Source: an uncultured Acidimicrobiales bacterium
GTDB lineage: Bacteria; Actinomycetota; Acidimicrobiia; Acidimicrobiales; UBA10347
Assembly (NCBI GenBank): GCA_943788915.1
Contig: CALSSD010000009.1
Span: 1-64,000, forward strand
Reading direction: 5' to 3'
Length of the DNA stretch: 64,000 nucleotides
Each line of letters starts with the position of its first letter. Position 1 is the first letter of the stretch. A model generated the notes under the pieces. The model had not been told where the DNA came from and ran no database searches. It saw only the letters and a program-made list of their open reading frames with translations. This document shows positions 9,295 through 19,288 of the stretch, in pieces. Position numbers and translations under genes: made by a program.

Positions 9295-9696
9295 ATGACC
9301 ACAACCGTTCACTCCTCAACGCCAAGGGTCGCCGATGCGTTGGCCCACTACGACATCAAGAACGCCACCGCCATCCAGGTCGGCGATCTCTACGTCTTCA
9401 GTGGCATGACTGCTATCGACCTCGACACCTTCGAAGTGCCCGACATCGACTTGGCGGGTCAGGCTCGAATCACACTTGAAAACTTCGGCCTGATTCTTAG
9501 CGACCTTGGCCTGTCGCTCGACCATGTGGTGAAGATCAACGCACACCTTGTCGACCTGGAAGATTTTCCGGTGTGGAATCAGGTATTTCTCGACGTCTTC
9601 GAGCCTCCGTACCCGTGCCGAACAACGGTCGGCGCTCCGCTTGTAGTCGGCAAGATCGAAATCGAGATCATGGCAGCAGCTACCGCTCGACGCTGA
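9295..9696 (+). CDS. RidA/YjgF/UK114 family protein
   Basis: VGDLYVFSG, QARITLEN, VVKINAHL, PYPCRTTVG, IEIE. Confidence 0.9.
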   Translation: MTTTVHSSTPRVADALAHYDIKNATAIQVGDLYVFSGMTAIDLDTFEVPDIDLAGQARITLENFGLILSDLGLSLDHVVKINAHLVDLEDFPVWNQVFLDVFEPPYPCRTTVGAPLVVGKIEIEIMAAATARR

Positions 9697-9757
9697 AAAC
9701 GTTGTGTCGAGCGCGGTCGGACTGCTTACACCCGACCGGCTCTGACGAGCAGAGCGA

Positions 9758-10549
9758 CTAACTCACTCTGCGCCAAACGCCGGACGTCGTTTTGCCAGAA
9801 AAGCACGCACGCCCTCTCGGCCAGTCGGCGCTTTCGAAGAGATCAGCGAGCTGGGCTCGTTCGAACGCCATGCCATCGGTCAGTTGGGTTCGAGTCGCGG
9901 CCTCAACACAACGAAGAATGGCTTGATGTGCTTGGTGGGGGCCACGAGCGAGTGTTGCTGCCAGATCATCAGCGGCATCGGATGCGCTGACGCCTGGTTC
10001 GGTCAGCCGATCGACCAGACCTATCCGGTACGCCTCGAGACCATCGATCGAACGACCGGTGAGCAAGAGATCAATGGCGGGGCCGCGTCCGATCAACTTG
10101 GGGAGACGTTGGGTTCCGGCGGCACCTGGGAGGAGGCCAAGCTTGACTTCGGGAACGCCGAGTTTGGCTTCGACCGAGGCAACTCGCATCGTGCACGCCA
10201 TCGCCAGTTCCAAGCCTCCACCCAACGCATGACCATCGATAGCTGCAATCGAGATCCATGACCCAGAATCCGCGCGTTCAATCTGCGAGCGAAGCCGATC
10301 GAGGTAGTCGAGGAAGCCGACCTGATCGAGATCGGCGAACAGTGTTAAGTCGGCCCCGGCGGCAAAGAAGCCGTCGACCGCCGAACGGATCACGACAACA
10401 CCTGCACTATCGGCTTCGGCCCGGTCGAATGCCGTTGTCAGGCCGGTGATCATTGGTTCGCCGAGCGCGTTGGCTGGAGGCCGCTCCAGCGTGATTGTCG
10501 CCACCCCATCTGCAAACTCGTAGGAGACGACATCGCTTGGCCCCGTCAC
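9758..10549 (-). CDS. Enoyl-CoA hydratase/isomerase (1-nt frameshift near the C-terminus)
   Basis: FFAAGADL, GHALGGGLELAMAC, PEVKLGLLPGAAGTQRL. GTG start overlaps the upstream TGA. The family-like tail GREGVRAFLAKRRPAFGAE is in a shifted frame after about 9824. Confidence 0.92.
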   Translation of the reverse strand: MTGPSDVVSYEFADGVATITLERPPANALGEPMITGLTTAFDRAEADSAGVVVIRSAVDGFFAAGADLTLFADLDQVGFLDYLDRLRSQIERADSGSWISIAAIDGHALGGGLELAMACTMRVASVEAKLGVPEVKLGLLPGAAGTQRLPKLIGRGPAIDLLLTGRSIDGLEAYRIGLVDRLTEPGVSASDAADDLAATLARGPHQAHQAILRCVEAATRTQLTDGMAFERAQLADLFESADWPRGRACFSGKTTSGVWRRVS

Positions 10550-11706
10550 CGGTGACTCACTATCCCGATTGCTTCTCGGGCAATAACTGCCTTCATGATC
10601 TCGGGCGTCCCGTCGCCGACCTCGAGCCCCATCACGTCGTTCATCCGTTGGGTGAACGGCAGGTCTTCGCCGAACCCAGTCCAGCCGTGCAAGATAATGC
10701 AAGCGTGGATGGCGTCCACCGATGATTTGGGACCGAGCCACTTGGTCATCGCCGCCTCGGTGACGTGGCGTTGGCCGGCGTCGGCCAAGCGCAATGTTTC
10801 GTAGGCCAGCAGCCGCGCGGAATGTACGTGAGCCAGATGCTCCGCCAGTTGGAACGAGATTCCCTCGCGGGTGGCCAGGGGTTCCCCGAACGTGCGCCGG
10901 TTCTTCACGTGGGCAATGGTTTCGTCGAGCGACTGTTGAGCGGCGCCGACACACGCCAGGCCAATGATTGCCCGATTGAAATCGAACGCTGCCATCGCGG
11001 CCTTGAACGCACCACCCTCGGCGCCAACCAGATGATCGGCCGGAACTCGAACGTCATCGAAGAAGACCGATCCTCGTTGTGTCAGGTGAGCGGTCGAGCT
11101 TGGGACCGCAGCACGGCTGACCCCAGGGAGGTCGAGCGGGACACAAAACAAGCTAATGCCTCCAGCTCCCGGGCCATTGGATCGGGCGAACACCGCGCAA
11201 ACATCGGCATTTCCAGCGAATGTGATCGACGCCTTTTCGCCGGAGATGACCCAATCCGAGCCGTCGCGGACCGCCCTGGTGGTGATGGCTGCGGCGTCGG
11301 AACCGACGCCGGGCTCGGTCAGGGCGAAACTAGCCAACGCCTCTCCGCGAACAATGGCGGGCACCCACCGCTGGCGGACCTCGGCTTCGGCCCGATCGAA
11401 GAGCCGAGCCCCAATCGCCTGAAGCTGCAGAAAGTATGAGACATTAAAGTCTCCCCGCGACAGCTCCTCGGCAGCAATCCCTAGCGCGAGGTAGCTTCCG
11501 CCAACCCCGCGTGTGCCGCCCATTTCAGGAGCCGACAACATGCCAAAAACACCAAGCTCACCTAGTTCGAGCAGCCGCTCCCGCGGAAACGACTCGTGTT
11601 GCCACCGGCGATAGTCCGGAGCCAATTGCTCAAGAGCGAAGCGGCGCAAGGTTGCTCGAAACTCGTCGAGATCAGAATCGGGACTGGCCGGCTCCCATAT
11701 CGTCAT
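10546..11706 (-). CDS. Acyl-CoA dehydrogenase (cyclohexanecarboxyl-CoA dehydrogenase-like)
   Basis: FALTEPGVGSDA, ISGEKASIT, RRTFGEPLA, HGWTG, LEVGDGTPEIMK. Confidence 0.93.
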   Translation of the reverse strand: MTIWEPASPDSDLDEFRATLRRFALEQLAPDYRRWQHESFPRERLLELGELGVFGMLSAPEMGGTRGVGGSYLALGIAAEELSRGDFNVSYFLQLQAIGARLFDRAEAEVRQRWVPAIVRGEALASFALTEPGVGSDAAAITTRAVRDGSDWVISGEKASITFAGNADVCAVFARSNGPGAGGISLFCVPLDLPGVSRAAVPSSTAHLTQRGSVFFDDVRVPADHLVGAEGGAFKAAMAAFDFNRAIIGLACVGAAQQSLDETIAHVKNRRTFGEPLATREGISFQLAEHLAHVHSARLLAYETLRLADAGQRHVTEAAMTKWLGPKSSVDAIHACIILHGWTGFGEDLPFTQRMNDVMGLEVGDGTPEIMKAVIAREAIGIVSHR

Positions 11707-12050
11707 TACGTCTCCTACATCGGTGGCGTCCTAACTGTAGAACCCCGGTGATCACACACTCTTTAGTCGACGCAGGTTGAGATGGTGCCGACGCACTTGA
11801 GCGGATGTCTCCGGTATCGACCACTGTGCACTCCGGGGTAGATCACTGTGCACGGCTTCGTGTGTCTCACCGGTTGGTGATTCGCGCCTGTTCTCGTTGC
11901 CGATGCGGGAGCGATCCAGATTGCCAAGAAGTTCGACCAACTCTGCGGCCCGAATGTGTGTCATGCGACACGAAAGAATGTCAGAGGTGGTGCATCCCAG
12001 TCCACACATCTCAACGAAACACCACTGATAGTCCCTCTACAGGAGATCTT

Positions 12051-12269
12051 ATGTCTCGCCTTGCACCTTCCTTTCGGCTCAAGCTTCCCTTTCTCATCGC
12101 CGGCTTCGCTTCATTTCTATTCTCCGTGTGGCTCTACTTCGTCCAGGACGAGCTATCAGCCGGGATCTTTGTAGGGCTTTGGGTGCCGTCGATCCATTCG
12201 TTGGGCACTCTCCTCCTCGCTCCCACCATCGAAGCGAATGAATCCGTAAAGCAGGGTGCTAACTCATGA
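12051..12269 (+). CDS. Small two-TM membrane protein
   Basis: AGGAG RBS, two hydrophobic helices, AGIFVGLWVPSIHSLG. Confidence 0.7.
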   Translation: MSRLAPSFRLKLPFLIAGFASFLFSVWLYFVQDELSAGIFVGLWVPSIHSLGTLLLAPTIEANESVKQGANS

Positions 12270-12442
12270 GCGAAACGGTGATATTTCTCGTGGGCATCGT
12301 TGTCTTTGCGATCACTGTTTACGGCTCGGTGATAGCCGGCGGCATCGCCTTGACACGTGTCGAAATCGAACAGGATCCAGCGCTGAAAAGCGAAGTGAAA
12401 AAGGAACAGCTCGACAAGCGGCTGCCAAAGTTGAAGTACTAG
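12266..12442 (+). CDS. Small single-TM protein (58 aa, not in the ORF track)
   Basis: ATGA overlap with the upstream gene. MSETVIFLVGIVVFAITVYGSVIAGGIALTRVEIEQDPALK...LPKLKY. Confidence 0.65.
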   Translation: MSETVIFLVGIVVFAITVYGSVIAGGIALTRVEIEQDPALKSEVKKEQLDKRLPKLKY

Positions 12443-12879
12443 CGAAGCCACTGGGCAGGCCGTGCTCCATGCTTCGCTGCCGTAGTGGCCAGATCGCACG
12501 ATCGAGGGTCTTGTGCACAACAGGCAGCGGAATAAAATGACATCAACAACTTCTGGACCTGTCCGTGCACTGCCAGATAGTCGCTTATCTCAACGATTCG
12601 GTGGACCTGCACTGGCCGCGTGGTGGGTCCATGGATTGGAGGAGGTCAAGAGTTCGCTTCCCCGAACATCGACCCACGCTACAGCCAACCTTCACTCCGC
12701 TTTGGTCAGCGAATGCGTGGGCCCGATCGGTTTCACCGGTTCCATAAATCATTATCGGCTGCCGTTACGTCGCGCAGCGCGATCAGACCGCGGCGAGTTG
12801 TGGGTTACGACGGCTCCTTGCGCCCGATCTGTAATGGATCGTCGGCTCATCCGTCTTGACCGCCAACAGAGGAGTCAAC

Positions 12880-13167
12880 ATGGACATAACACATGCTGAA
12901 CGAGCATTCGCCCGGATGTGTACGGACGAGAAGTACGCCGAGGCCGTGAGCCGGGGCGACATCGACCTTGTCGTTACCGAGACCGAAGGCTCCGCGCTCG
13001 CGCATGACGCGGAGCTTCTCATCTCTGAGACAAGCGGGTTCTCGAACCAATTTAGGGTCGAGATCGACGGCATCTCGACCGGATGGTTCACGGCGCTGAA
13101 CTCACACTTCCATGGGTCTGACTTCAACGCCGCTTTTCAACAAGATGCTCGCCAGCCCGGAGACTGA
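12880..13167 (+). CDS. 95-aa acidic protein, possible NHLP/Nif11-clan-like peptide precursor
   Basis: GAGGAG RBS. ERAFARMCTDEKYAEAV helical leader-like N-terminus and an ETSGF motif. Confidence 0.45.
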   Translation: MDITHAERAFARMCTDEKYAEAVSRGDIDLVVTETEGSALAHDAELLISETSGFSNQFRVEIDGISTGWFTALNSHFHGSDFNAAFQQDARQPGD

Positions 13168-13572
13168 GTGCCGCCTGACGTCGGCAGCATGGACGCAGGT
13201 CTGCGACGGGTTAGAACGAGCGACCTCGGTCCATCTCGAGGTGGCGTGGGTCGACCGAAGAGTCCGGGCTCTTACCGAAGAGACCGGGCTCTTGCGGCGT
13301 CGGACGGGCGACCAGTCGGTGCGAATGCATACCGGTCCTCAGGAGGAGCTCCCGGTTGGCACCGCAATGAACACGACGCATTGATCGAACAGATCGCAGG
13401 TCGACGACGATGGTGGCTTCACCCTCCGACCCCAGGCACGGAGCCACCGAGGCCAGATAGGTGGCGCACCCTGGGGCCGGATGATCGGCTCGAACTGCCT
13501 GCGGGTTGGTGGCACCTCGCATACACGCTCAGCGCAACTGCCACCCACCTGACCTATACGTTCCACCGCTAA
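13145..13572 (+). pseudogene. JmjC/cupin 2OG-Fe(II) oxygenase domain, frameshifted near 13282
   Basis: GRPVGANAY...WHRNEHDALIEQIAGRRRWWLHPP...LGPDDRLELPAGWWH. The N-terminal part is in another frame. Confidence 0.65.
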
Positions 13573-13644
13573 CCGGTTTGCGTCGGCACCGTTTCCCTAG
13601 CCCAATCGACACGTCGGAGGCTTCGCCCCGGCACTAGCGAGGGC

Positions 13645-14656
13645 TTGACCATCAACACACGCGCTGTGGTCACCAACTGTGCGAACGGCGACCCGGTGGT
13701 CAATGCCGGCGCCGACATCACCGGTCTTGTTGTGGAACGTAGCGACGATGGCTTTCGCTTGACGGTCCTATTCGGGCAATCACCCGTGACCAGCTTCAAC
13801 GACTTCAGCAATGCTGCACGATTCGGCATCCTGTCGGAACGCGGCGTCCAGCGAGCCTTCATGAAAGAGGAACACGATGGCCAGACAAGCCAAGGAGAGA
13901 TCCTTGGTAACACAGCAAACGGTGACGCTGTCGACGTTCAGGTAGGCAGCGACCGAGTCGTCCTGAATTTCAGGCAGCCGACAGATGACGACCCTCGATT
14001 CATCATCGCTCAACGGTTCAATACGCCGGTCGAGCAGGACGACGTCAACTGCGACCAGTTGGTGATTGACTTCGCCCAGCCGCAACCGCCAATGACGGCG
14101 CCACTGTTCTTCACGATTGACCTACCAACGAACACCTGGACAACAATCGTGATCGGCCACGGGCCACGGCAGACCTTTGACTTCGAACCCCGGGGGCGAC
14201 CGCTACTTCCGTCCGTTCCTGGGCGACTTCAACGGCGACGGCCATGCAACACCTGGCTTCTTCGATCCGAACGACCGCACAGTTGTGCTTGCCACAGGTG
14301 ATGGACCTTTCGGTCTGGACAAGACCGAGTCGTTCCCGGTACCGGTCGGCATCGATGGTGTACCGGTGATTGAAGACTTCGACGGTGATGGCACCGACTC
14401 GATCGGGATCTTCAAAGACGGGACCTTCAGTTTCGGCAGCCGATGAGGTCACTTGCCGCTGCCCGAGTCGGTCGGCTTCGGCAGCGATGGCGATCAGCCG
14501 CTGTGGCTCCCCGGACCCGGTGGCACGAGCCGACCTGCAGTCTTCCGTCCGGCGGACAGCCATATCGTCTTCGAAAGCCCTGGGCAGGTGACCATCTATC
14601 GCCAGGGGTTTGAGGTTGGCGATTTTGCCGTCCCGTGTCCTCCTACGCCACCGTGA
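13645..14656 (+). pseudogene. Fragmented secreted protein with FG-GAP/VCBS-like repeats
   Basis: PFLGDFNGDG and PVIEDFDGDGTDSIGIF repeats. Frameshift near 14180 and in-frame TGA at 14444. Confidence 0.6.
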
Positions 14657-14689
14657 GCAGCTACTCACGTCAACGGTGACTTTCGAGAA

Positions 14690-15124
14690 CTAGTCCTCTC
14701 GGCTCGCCGCTAGGCCCTGGACGTTCGAAGACAGGTTCGGGCATGCAGCAAGCAACGCCCCAAACTCACGCGAAGTAAAGGCAATAATTGAGGTGGGTTC
14801 GGTCGCTACAACGTCGGCGTTACGCCGAGTCTCCGTAATAAGTGCATGTTCACCGATGATCTCGGCTGCACCGACTGTGGCTACAGATTCTCCGTCCTTT
14901 GCCACCTCTGCCTCGCCAGCAACGATGATGAACGCTTCGCCCCCGACCTGTCCTTCGACGGTTAAGGCCTTGCCGGGATCGATACCGATCAGCGTTCCAT
15001 AACGAACCATGGCATCGATCTCCTCGGAGGAGAACCGATCACCGATGTGATCGGTGAGGTACTGCTGGACATCGACAGATTGCGTGTTGCCCTCGGTCGT
15101 GTTCAGGATCGTCGTCTTGCGCAT
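14690..15124 (-). CDS. Stand-alone cyclic-nucleotide-binding domain protein
   Basis: FIIVAGEAEV, EIIGEHAL, RRNADVVA. Confidence 0.85.
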   Translation of the reverse strand: MRKTTILNTTEGNTQSVDVQQYLTDHIGDRFSSEEIDAMVRYGTLIGIDPGKALTVEGQVGGEAFIIVAGEAEVAKDGESVATVGAAEIIGEHALITETRRNADVVATEPTSIIAFTSREFGALLAACPNLSSNVQGLAASRED

Positions 15125-15370
15125 CGTTGCTTCCCCGTAGTCTTTCGCATCTGGTCGCGCTAACGCAGCACCGCCAGTTCTGCACTCAAGGTGGTTGCTG
15201 GCAACCTAGCCCACGCTTCAGCCGTAACAAAGAGATCCTCGACCGAGGCGATTCTTCAGCCTGCTCTTGCCGAATGCCGCCCCCAGCACGAAAAAGAACG
15301 ACTCGTTAGGTTCCGCATGAGCCGCTGGAAAAATTCTGACGGCGAATTATCTCGACAAAGGGAGCCCACT

Positions 15371-16012
15371 ATGGGAGTCATATCACTCAATACTTTTCGC
15401 ACCGAGACGGGTCGACTCGCTGACCACATGGCTGCAACGACAGAGGCCCTGGCGCATCTGCATCGACTCGGCCAGCAGGCGATGGTCATTCAGCCGCTCA
15501 AAGGTACCGACGTTGGAACTATTTCCACTGTCGTCAACTACGCCAGCAATGCTGCATATGTAGCGGGGACTCAGGCGATCAAGGCCGACGAAGGCTGGCA
15601 AGAGTTCTGGCTGCGCGCCGCTGCCGGAGGCTCGGCCACCCCAACCGAAGCCTCACTGTTCCAGGATCTCGATCCGAGTTTCTAACCAACCGCTGACCGA
15701 CCAATGGGTGCGTTGCTGGCCGTCCAATGGCGACCCAAGCCTGGACGCATGGTCGACTTCGTCGGTCAAGTCATGGCAGCCGTCCCGCACATCGAACGTA
15801 TGGGAGGCACCGTGCGCACCACGCAGTCGTTGCTCGGCGCGTACCCGATGACCGTCTTGATATCGACCAGCTTTGCTGACTTGGACGCGTATGGCGCTTA
15901 CGCAGACATGACCGCCGCCGATGCACAATGGCAAGAGTTCTGGGGTGGTGCCATGGCCGACCCGACTGCCGACATTGTGCGCAGCGGCTTGTATCTCAAC
16001 ATCTCTGGCTAA
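15371..16012 (+). pseudogene. Two-domain dimeric alpha/beta-barrel (NIPSNAP-like) protein split by an in-frame TAA at 15683
   Basis: Both halves are in the same frame and both contain an AD..WQEFW motif. Linker reads DPSF*PTADRPMG. Confidence 0.6.
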
Positions 16013-16115
16013 TCCCAGGCCTGATGCATTCTGGGCCCACATAAGGACACCTAGGACATCTCGACCTGGCGCCGTCATTAGACACGGAACAGGCTTGGGC
16101 GCGTAGATTCGAACC

Positions 16116-17279
16116 ATGGATACTCGTTTTACCGACGCCGCCCAGGCACTGATCCCCCTACTTGAAGGCAACGCGGCCGAGTCCGAGCGTCTCCGTCATG
16201 TCGCGCCCGAGTCGGTGCAGGCGATGAAAGATGCCGGTCTGTGGCGACTGATCACGGCCCAGTCCAATGGAGGTTCCGAGGCAGGGTTGCGAGCGCAGGT
16301 CGACACGCTCTTCATGATCTGCGCCGCTGACCCGGCAGCCGGATGGGTACAGATGGTGTCGAACGCTCATTCGTGGATGGTGGGAAACTTCCCCGCAGCC
16401 TGCCAGAGTGAAGTCTTCGCCAACGGACCCGACTGCCGGGTGCCTGGCACGTTGGCGTCGCAGGGCCGTGCCGTCAAGGTTGACGGTGGATGGCGGCTCG
16501 ACGGTCGGTGGCAGTTCGCTTCCGGCGTGGACCACGGTGATTGGTTACTGATCGGGGCAATCGCCGACCTGCTGCCCGAAAGCCCAACCCGCCTCATCCA
16601 CGTCATTGTCCCCAAAGCCGATATCACGGTCGACGACACCTGGCACACGCTCGGGCTCCGTGGCACTGGCTCGAAGGACGTGGTCGCCGAGGCAGTCTTT
16701 GTGCCCGATCATCGGGCCATGCCAACCAAGTTACTGTTCGACGGCGAGAGCCCCCATGGCGAGAATGGGTCGACCTTCTTTAACCGCCTGCCGGTGCTTG
16801 CGTGCCTGTCGATCCAGCTCGCAGCTGCCGTCGTGGGAATCGCCGACGGCGCGTTGCGGCTGCACATCGACCGCACAACAACTCGACGGGCGACGTACAC
16901 CGGCATGTCAAAGGCAGAAGAGCCTGGCGTGCAGATGCGCATCGCAGAGTCCGCCACCGAGCTCCACCTGGCCCGATCCTTGATGCAACAGGCCGCCGAC
17001 CGTTGCGATGACGTTGCCCGAACAGGTGACCGCCTCTCGATCGAGGACCGCGCCGAACTCAAGTGGCATGCATCCTACGCCGTCGAACTCGCCCGCCGTG
17101 CCACCGATCGAGTCTTCGCCGGTGCCGGGGCACACGCGATCTACAACGACAGTGTCCTTCAGGCCAGATACCGAGACATCAACACTGCCTGTCACCACGC
17201 CACCATCGACTTCGACAACAACGCCCAGATGTACGGACGGGTGAAGCTCAACCTTGAACCAGGAACGCCGTTGGTCTGA
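16116..17279 (+). CDS. Flavin-dependent monooxygenase, ACAD fold (HsaA-like oxygenase component)
   Basis: GWRLDGRWQFASGVDHGDW, DTWHTLGLRGTGS, LQARYRDINTACHH. Confidence 0.88.
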   Translation: MDTRFTDAAQALIPLLEGNAAESERLRHVAPESVQAMKDAGLWRLITAQSNGGSEAGLRAQVDTLFMICAADPAAGWVQMVSNAHSWMVGNFPAACQSEVFANGPDCRVPGTLASQGRAVKVDGGWRLDGRWQFASGVDHGDWLLIGAIADLLPESPTRLIHVIVPKADITVDDTWHTLGLRGTGSKDVVAEAVFVPDHRAMPTKLLFDGESPHGENGSTFFNRLPVLACLSIQLAAAVVGIADGALRLHIDRTTTRRATYTGMSKAEEPGVQMRIAESATELHLARSLMQQAADRCDDVARTGDRLSIEDRAELKWHASYAVELARRATDRVFAGAGAHAIYNDSVLQARYRDINTACHHATIDFDNNAQMYGRVKLNLEPGTPLV

Positions 17280-17836
17280 GATCGGTGTCGTTGCATTCCG
17301 TTACACGCCTAGCGTCGGACTTCGCTACGACACAACCAGTCGAGCAGCAACGCTCCGGCACTGATTGAACTCAGCGCAGGCGCCGCAGCACCGTCGAACC
17401 AGCACCGTCGACTCGACCCCAATGATTACCAAGGCTTGGGTCGGCAGCGGTGGGACTGTCGGGGTCTGCGACGGTATACCTGTCGGCGTAGGTTCTGGTT
17501 CGTAGGCAGGCCGGTCTGGGGACGGATTGCCGGGGAGAGAGACTGGTGCAGGTGTTGCTGTTGCCTCGGGGACCATCGTTGCCGTTGGTTCTGGCGCAAT
17601 GAAGTTCACTGCGGCCATGGCTGTCGCCCTGTGGGCGGCGGTGGCATTCAACGTGTTCTCTTCGAGCGCGGTTGTGTCGGCTGATGCGGCGACGGCAATG
17701 AATGTATTGACGATGGCAGCATTACGCGCTTTCGTCGAATATGTCGACGGCTCTCCGGGCTAGCCGGTACGACTAACGCCACTACTTGTTCTGACGCATA
17801 GGTAACTCAGCAGTGCCGTGTTCTAGATTCAAGGTC

Positions 17837-19282
17837 ATGTTGAGTGCATATTGCTGGCCGCAGTCGGCCAAACCCGGCGAGACAATCGATGTCATGGTCA
17901 GTTCTGACCACGGCAGCTGCACGCTTGAGATCGTGCGACTTGGGGCGCAAGCGCAGGTCATCGAGACCCACGCCTTAAGTGATCTCGCTATCCAACCGAT
18001 TCCCGAAGATGTGGGCCGCAATGGCTGCGATTGGAAGCCCACCGTTCAGATCACCATCCAGGACGAATGGACTTCCGGGTTCTACCGGCTCCAACTCGGC
18101 AATGACCATGACACTGCCGACGCGTTCTTTGTGGTTAAGGCAACCAAACCCGGCAACGCGTTGTTGGTGCTTTCGACCACCACGTATGCGGCATACAACG
18201 ATTGGAACGCCCCTAGCTTCTATACCGGCGGCCACGAATCCTCGATGAAACGGCCGTTGCCTCCCGGCTTCTTGACCAAGGATCAACCTGCTCGATTCCG
18301 AGCAGCAAACGCTATCGAACTCCCCCGAGACGAACGGCGCGCGCACTTTGCGCACCACTCGTATTGGTCCGTCGCTGCGGGCTACGCCAACTGGGAACAT
18401 CTCTTCGTTACCTGGGCCGAGAACGAGGGACTCGAGTTCGATTACGCCACCAGCCTTGACCTGGCCACTGACCCAACCCTGCTCGACCCGTATGAGCTCT
18501 ACATCAGCATTGGTCACGACGAGTACTGGAGCGCATCAATGCGCGACAACGTCGAGTCGTGGGTCGATCGTGGGGGTGCCGCAGTGTTCCTGTCTGGCAA
18601 CACATCGTTCTGGCAGATCCGGCTCGAAGCCGACGCCAGCCGCGTCATCGCGTACAAGTTCGATCCCGACAATGATCCCGTGGTCGGGACCGATGCCGAA
18701 CACTCGGTGACCACAATGTGGAGCGACCCATTGTGCAAACGGCCCGAGAACGAGATGACCGGGGTCAGTTTCACCCGTGGCGGGTACGCCAACATGGCGC
18801 ACTCGCCACCCGGTGGCGGTTACACAGTGCATCGTCCTGAACACTGGGTCTTTGCTGGTCTGGACCTCGTGCAGGGCGACGTGGTTGGCGCTGACCCAGC
18901 AGTTGTTGGTTACGAATGTGACGGCTGCGAAATGCAGCTAGTCGATGGCCGTCCCGAACCAACCGGTGCCGGCGGAACGCCCATGAACTTCACGATCCTG
19001 GGCACAGCCCCAGCGAAGATGTGGGAGACACACGAGATCGCTGGCGGGTTATCCGGTGATTACGTCGGCGAATTGAACTGGGTAGCCGAACGCCTGGCGG
19101 GCGAAGACAACCAAGAAAACCGCGACGTGTTCGAGCAGGGACACGCCGTTATGGGCACATTCGAACGAGGAGAAGGATGGGTGTTCACGACCGGCTGTAC
19201 TGACTGGGCCTACGGCCTGGTCGACCCGGTCATCTCACAGATCACCCGAACAGTCTTGGGTCGAGCCATCGACCATACCTGA
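17837..19282 (+). CDS. N,N-dimethylformamidase beta-subunit family protein
   Basis: WTSGFY, TTTYAAYNDW, SIGHDEYWS, FLSGNTSFWQIR, VGYECDG, VFTTGCTDW. Confidence 0.88.
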   Translation: MLSAYCWPQSAKPGETIDVMVSSDHGSCTLEIVRLGAQAQVIETHALSDLAIQPIPEDVGRNGCDWKPTVQITIQDEWTSGFYRLQLGNDHDTADAFFVVKATKPGNALLVLSTTTYAAYNDWNAPSFYTGGHESSMKRPLPPGFLTKDQPARFRAANAIELPRDERRAHFAHHSYWSVAAGYANWEHLFVTWAENEGLEFDYATSLDLATDPTLLDPYELYISIGHDEYWSASMRDNVESWVDRGGAAVFLSGNTSFWQIRLEADASRVIAYKFDPDNDPVVGTDAEHSVTTMWSDPLCKRPENEMTGVSFTRGGYANMAHSPPGGGYTVHRPEHWVFAGLDLVQGDVVGADPAVVGYECDGCEMQLVDGRPEPTGAGGTPMNFTILGTAPAKMWETHEIAGGLSGDYVGELNWVAERLAGEDNQENRDVFEQGHAVMGTFERGEGWVFTTGCTDWAYGLVDPVISQITRTVLGRAIDHT

Positions 19283-19288
19283 GGCTGC

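Noticed and set aside
14444..14446. Second selenocysteine UGA
   Set aside because: Not at a Cys/redox motif, and the gene also has a frameshift; more likely decay.
17325..17763. Pro/Thr/Ala-rich ORFs on both strands
   Set aside because: No recognisable domain or clear start; possibly a remnant of a secreted-protein stalk.
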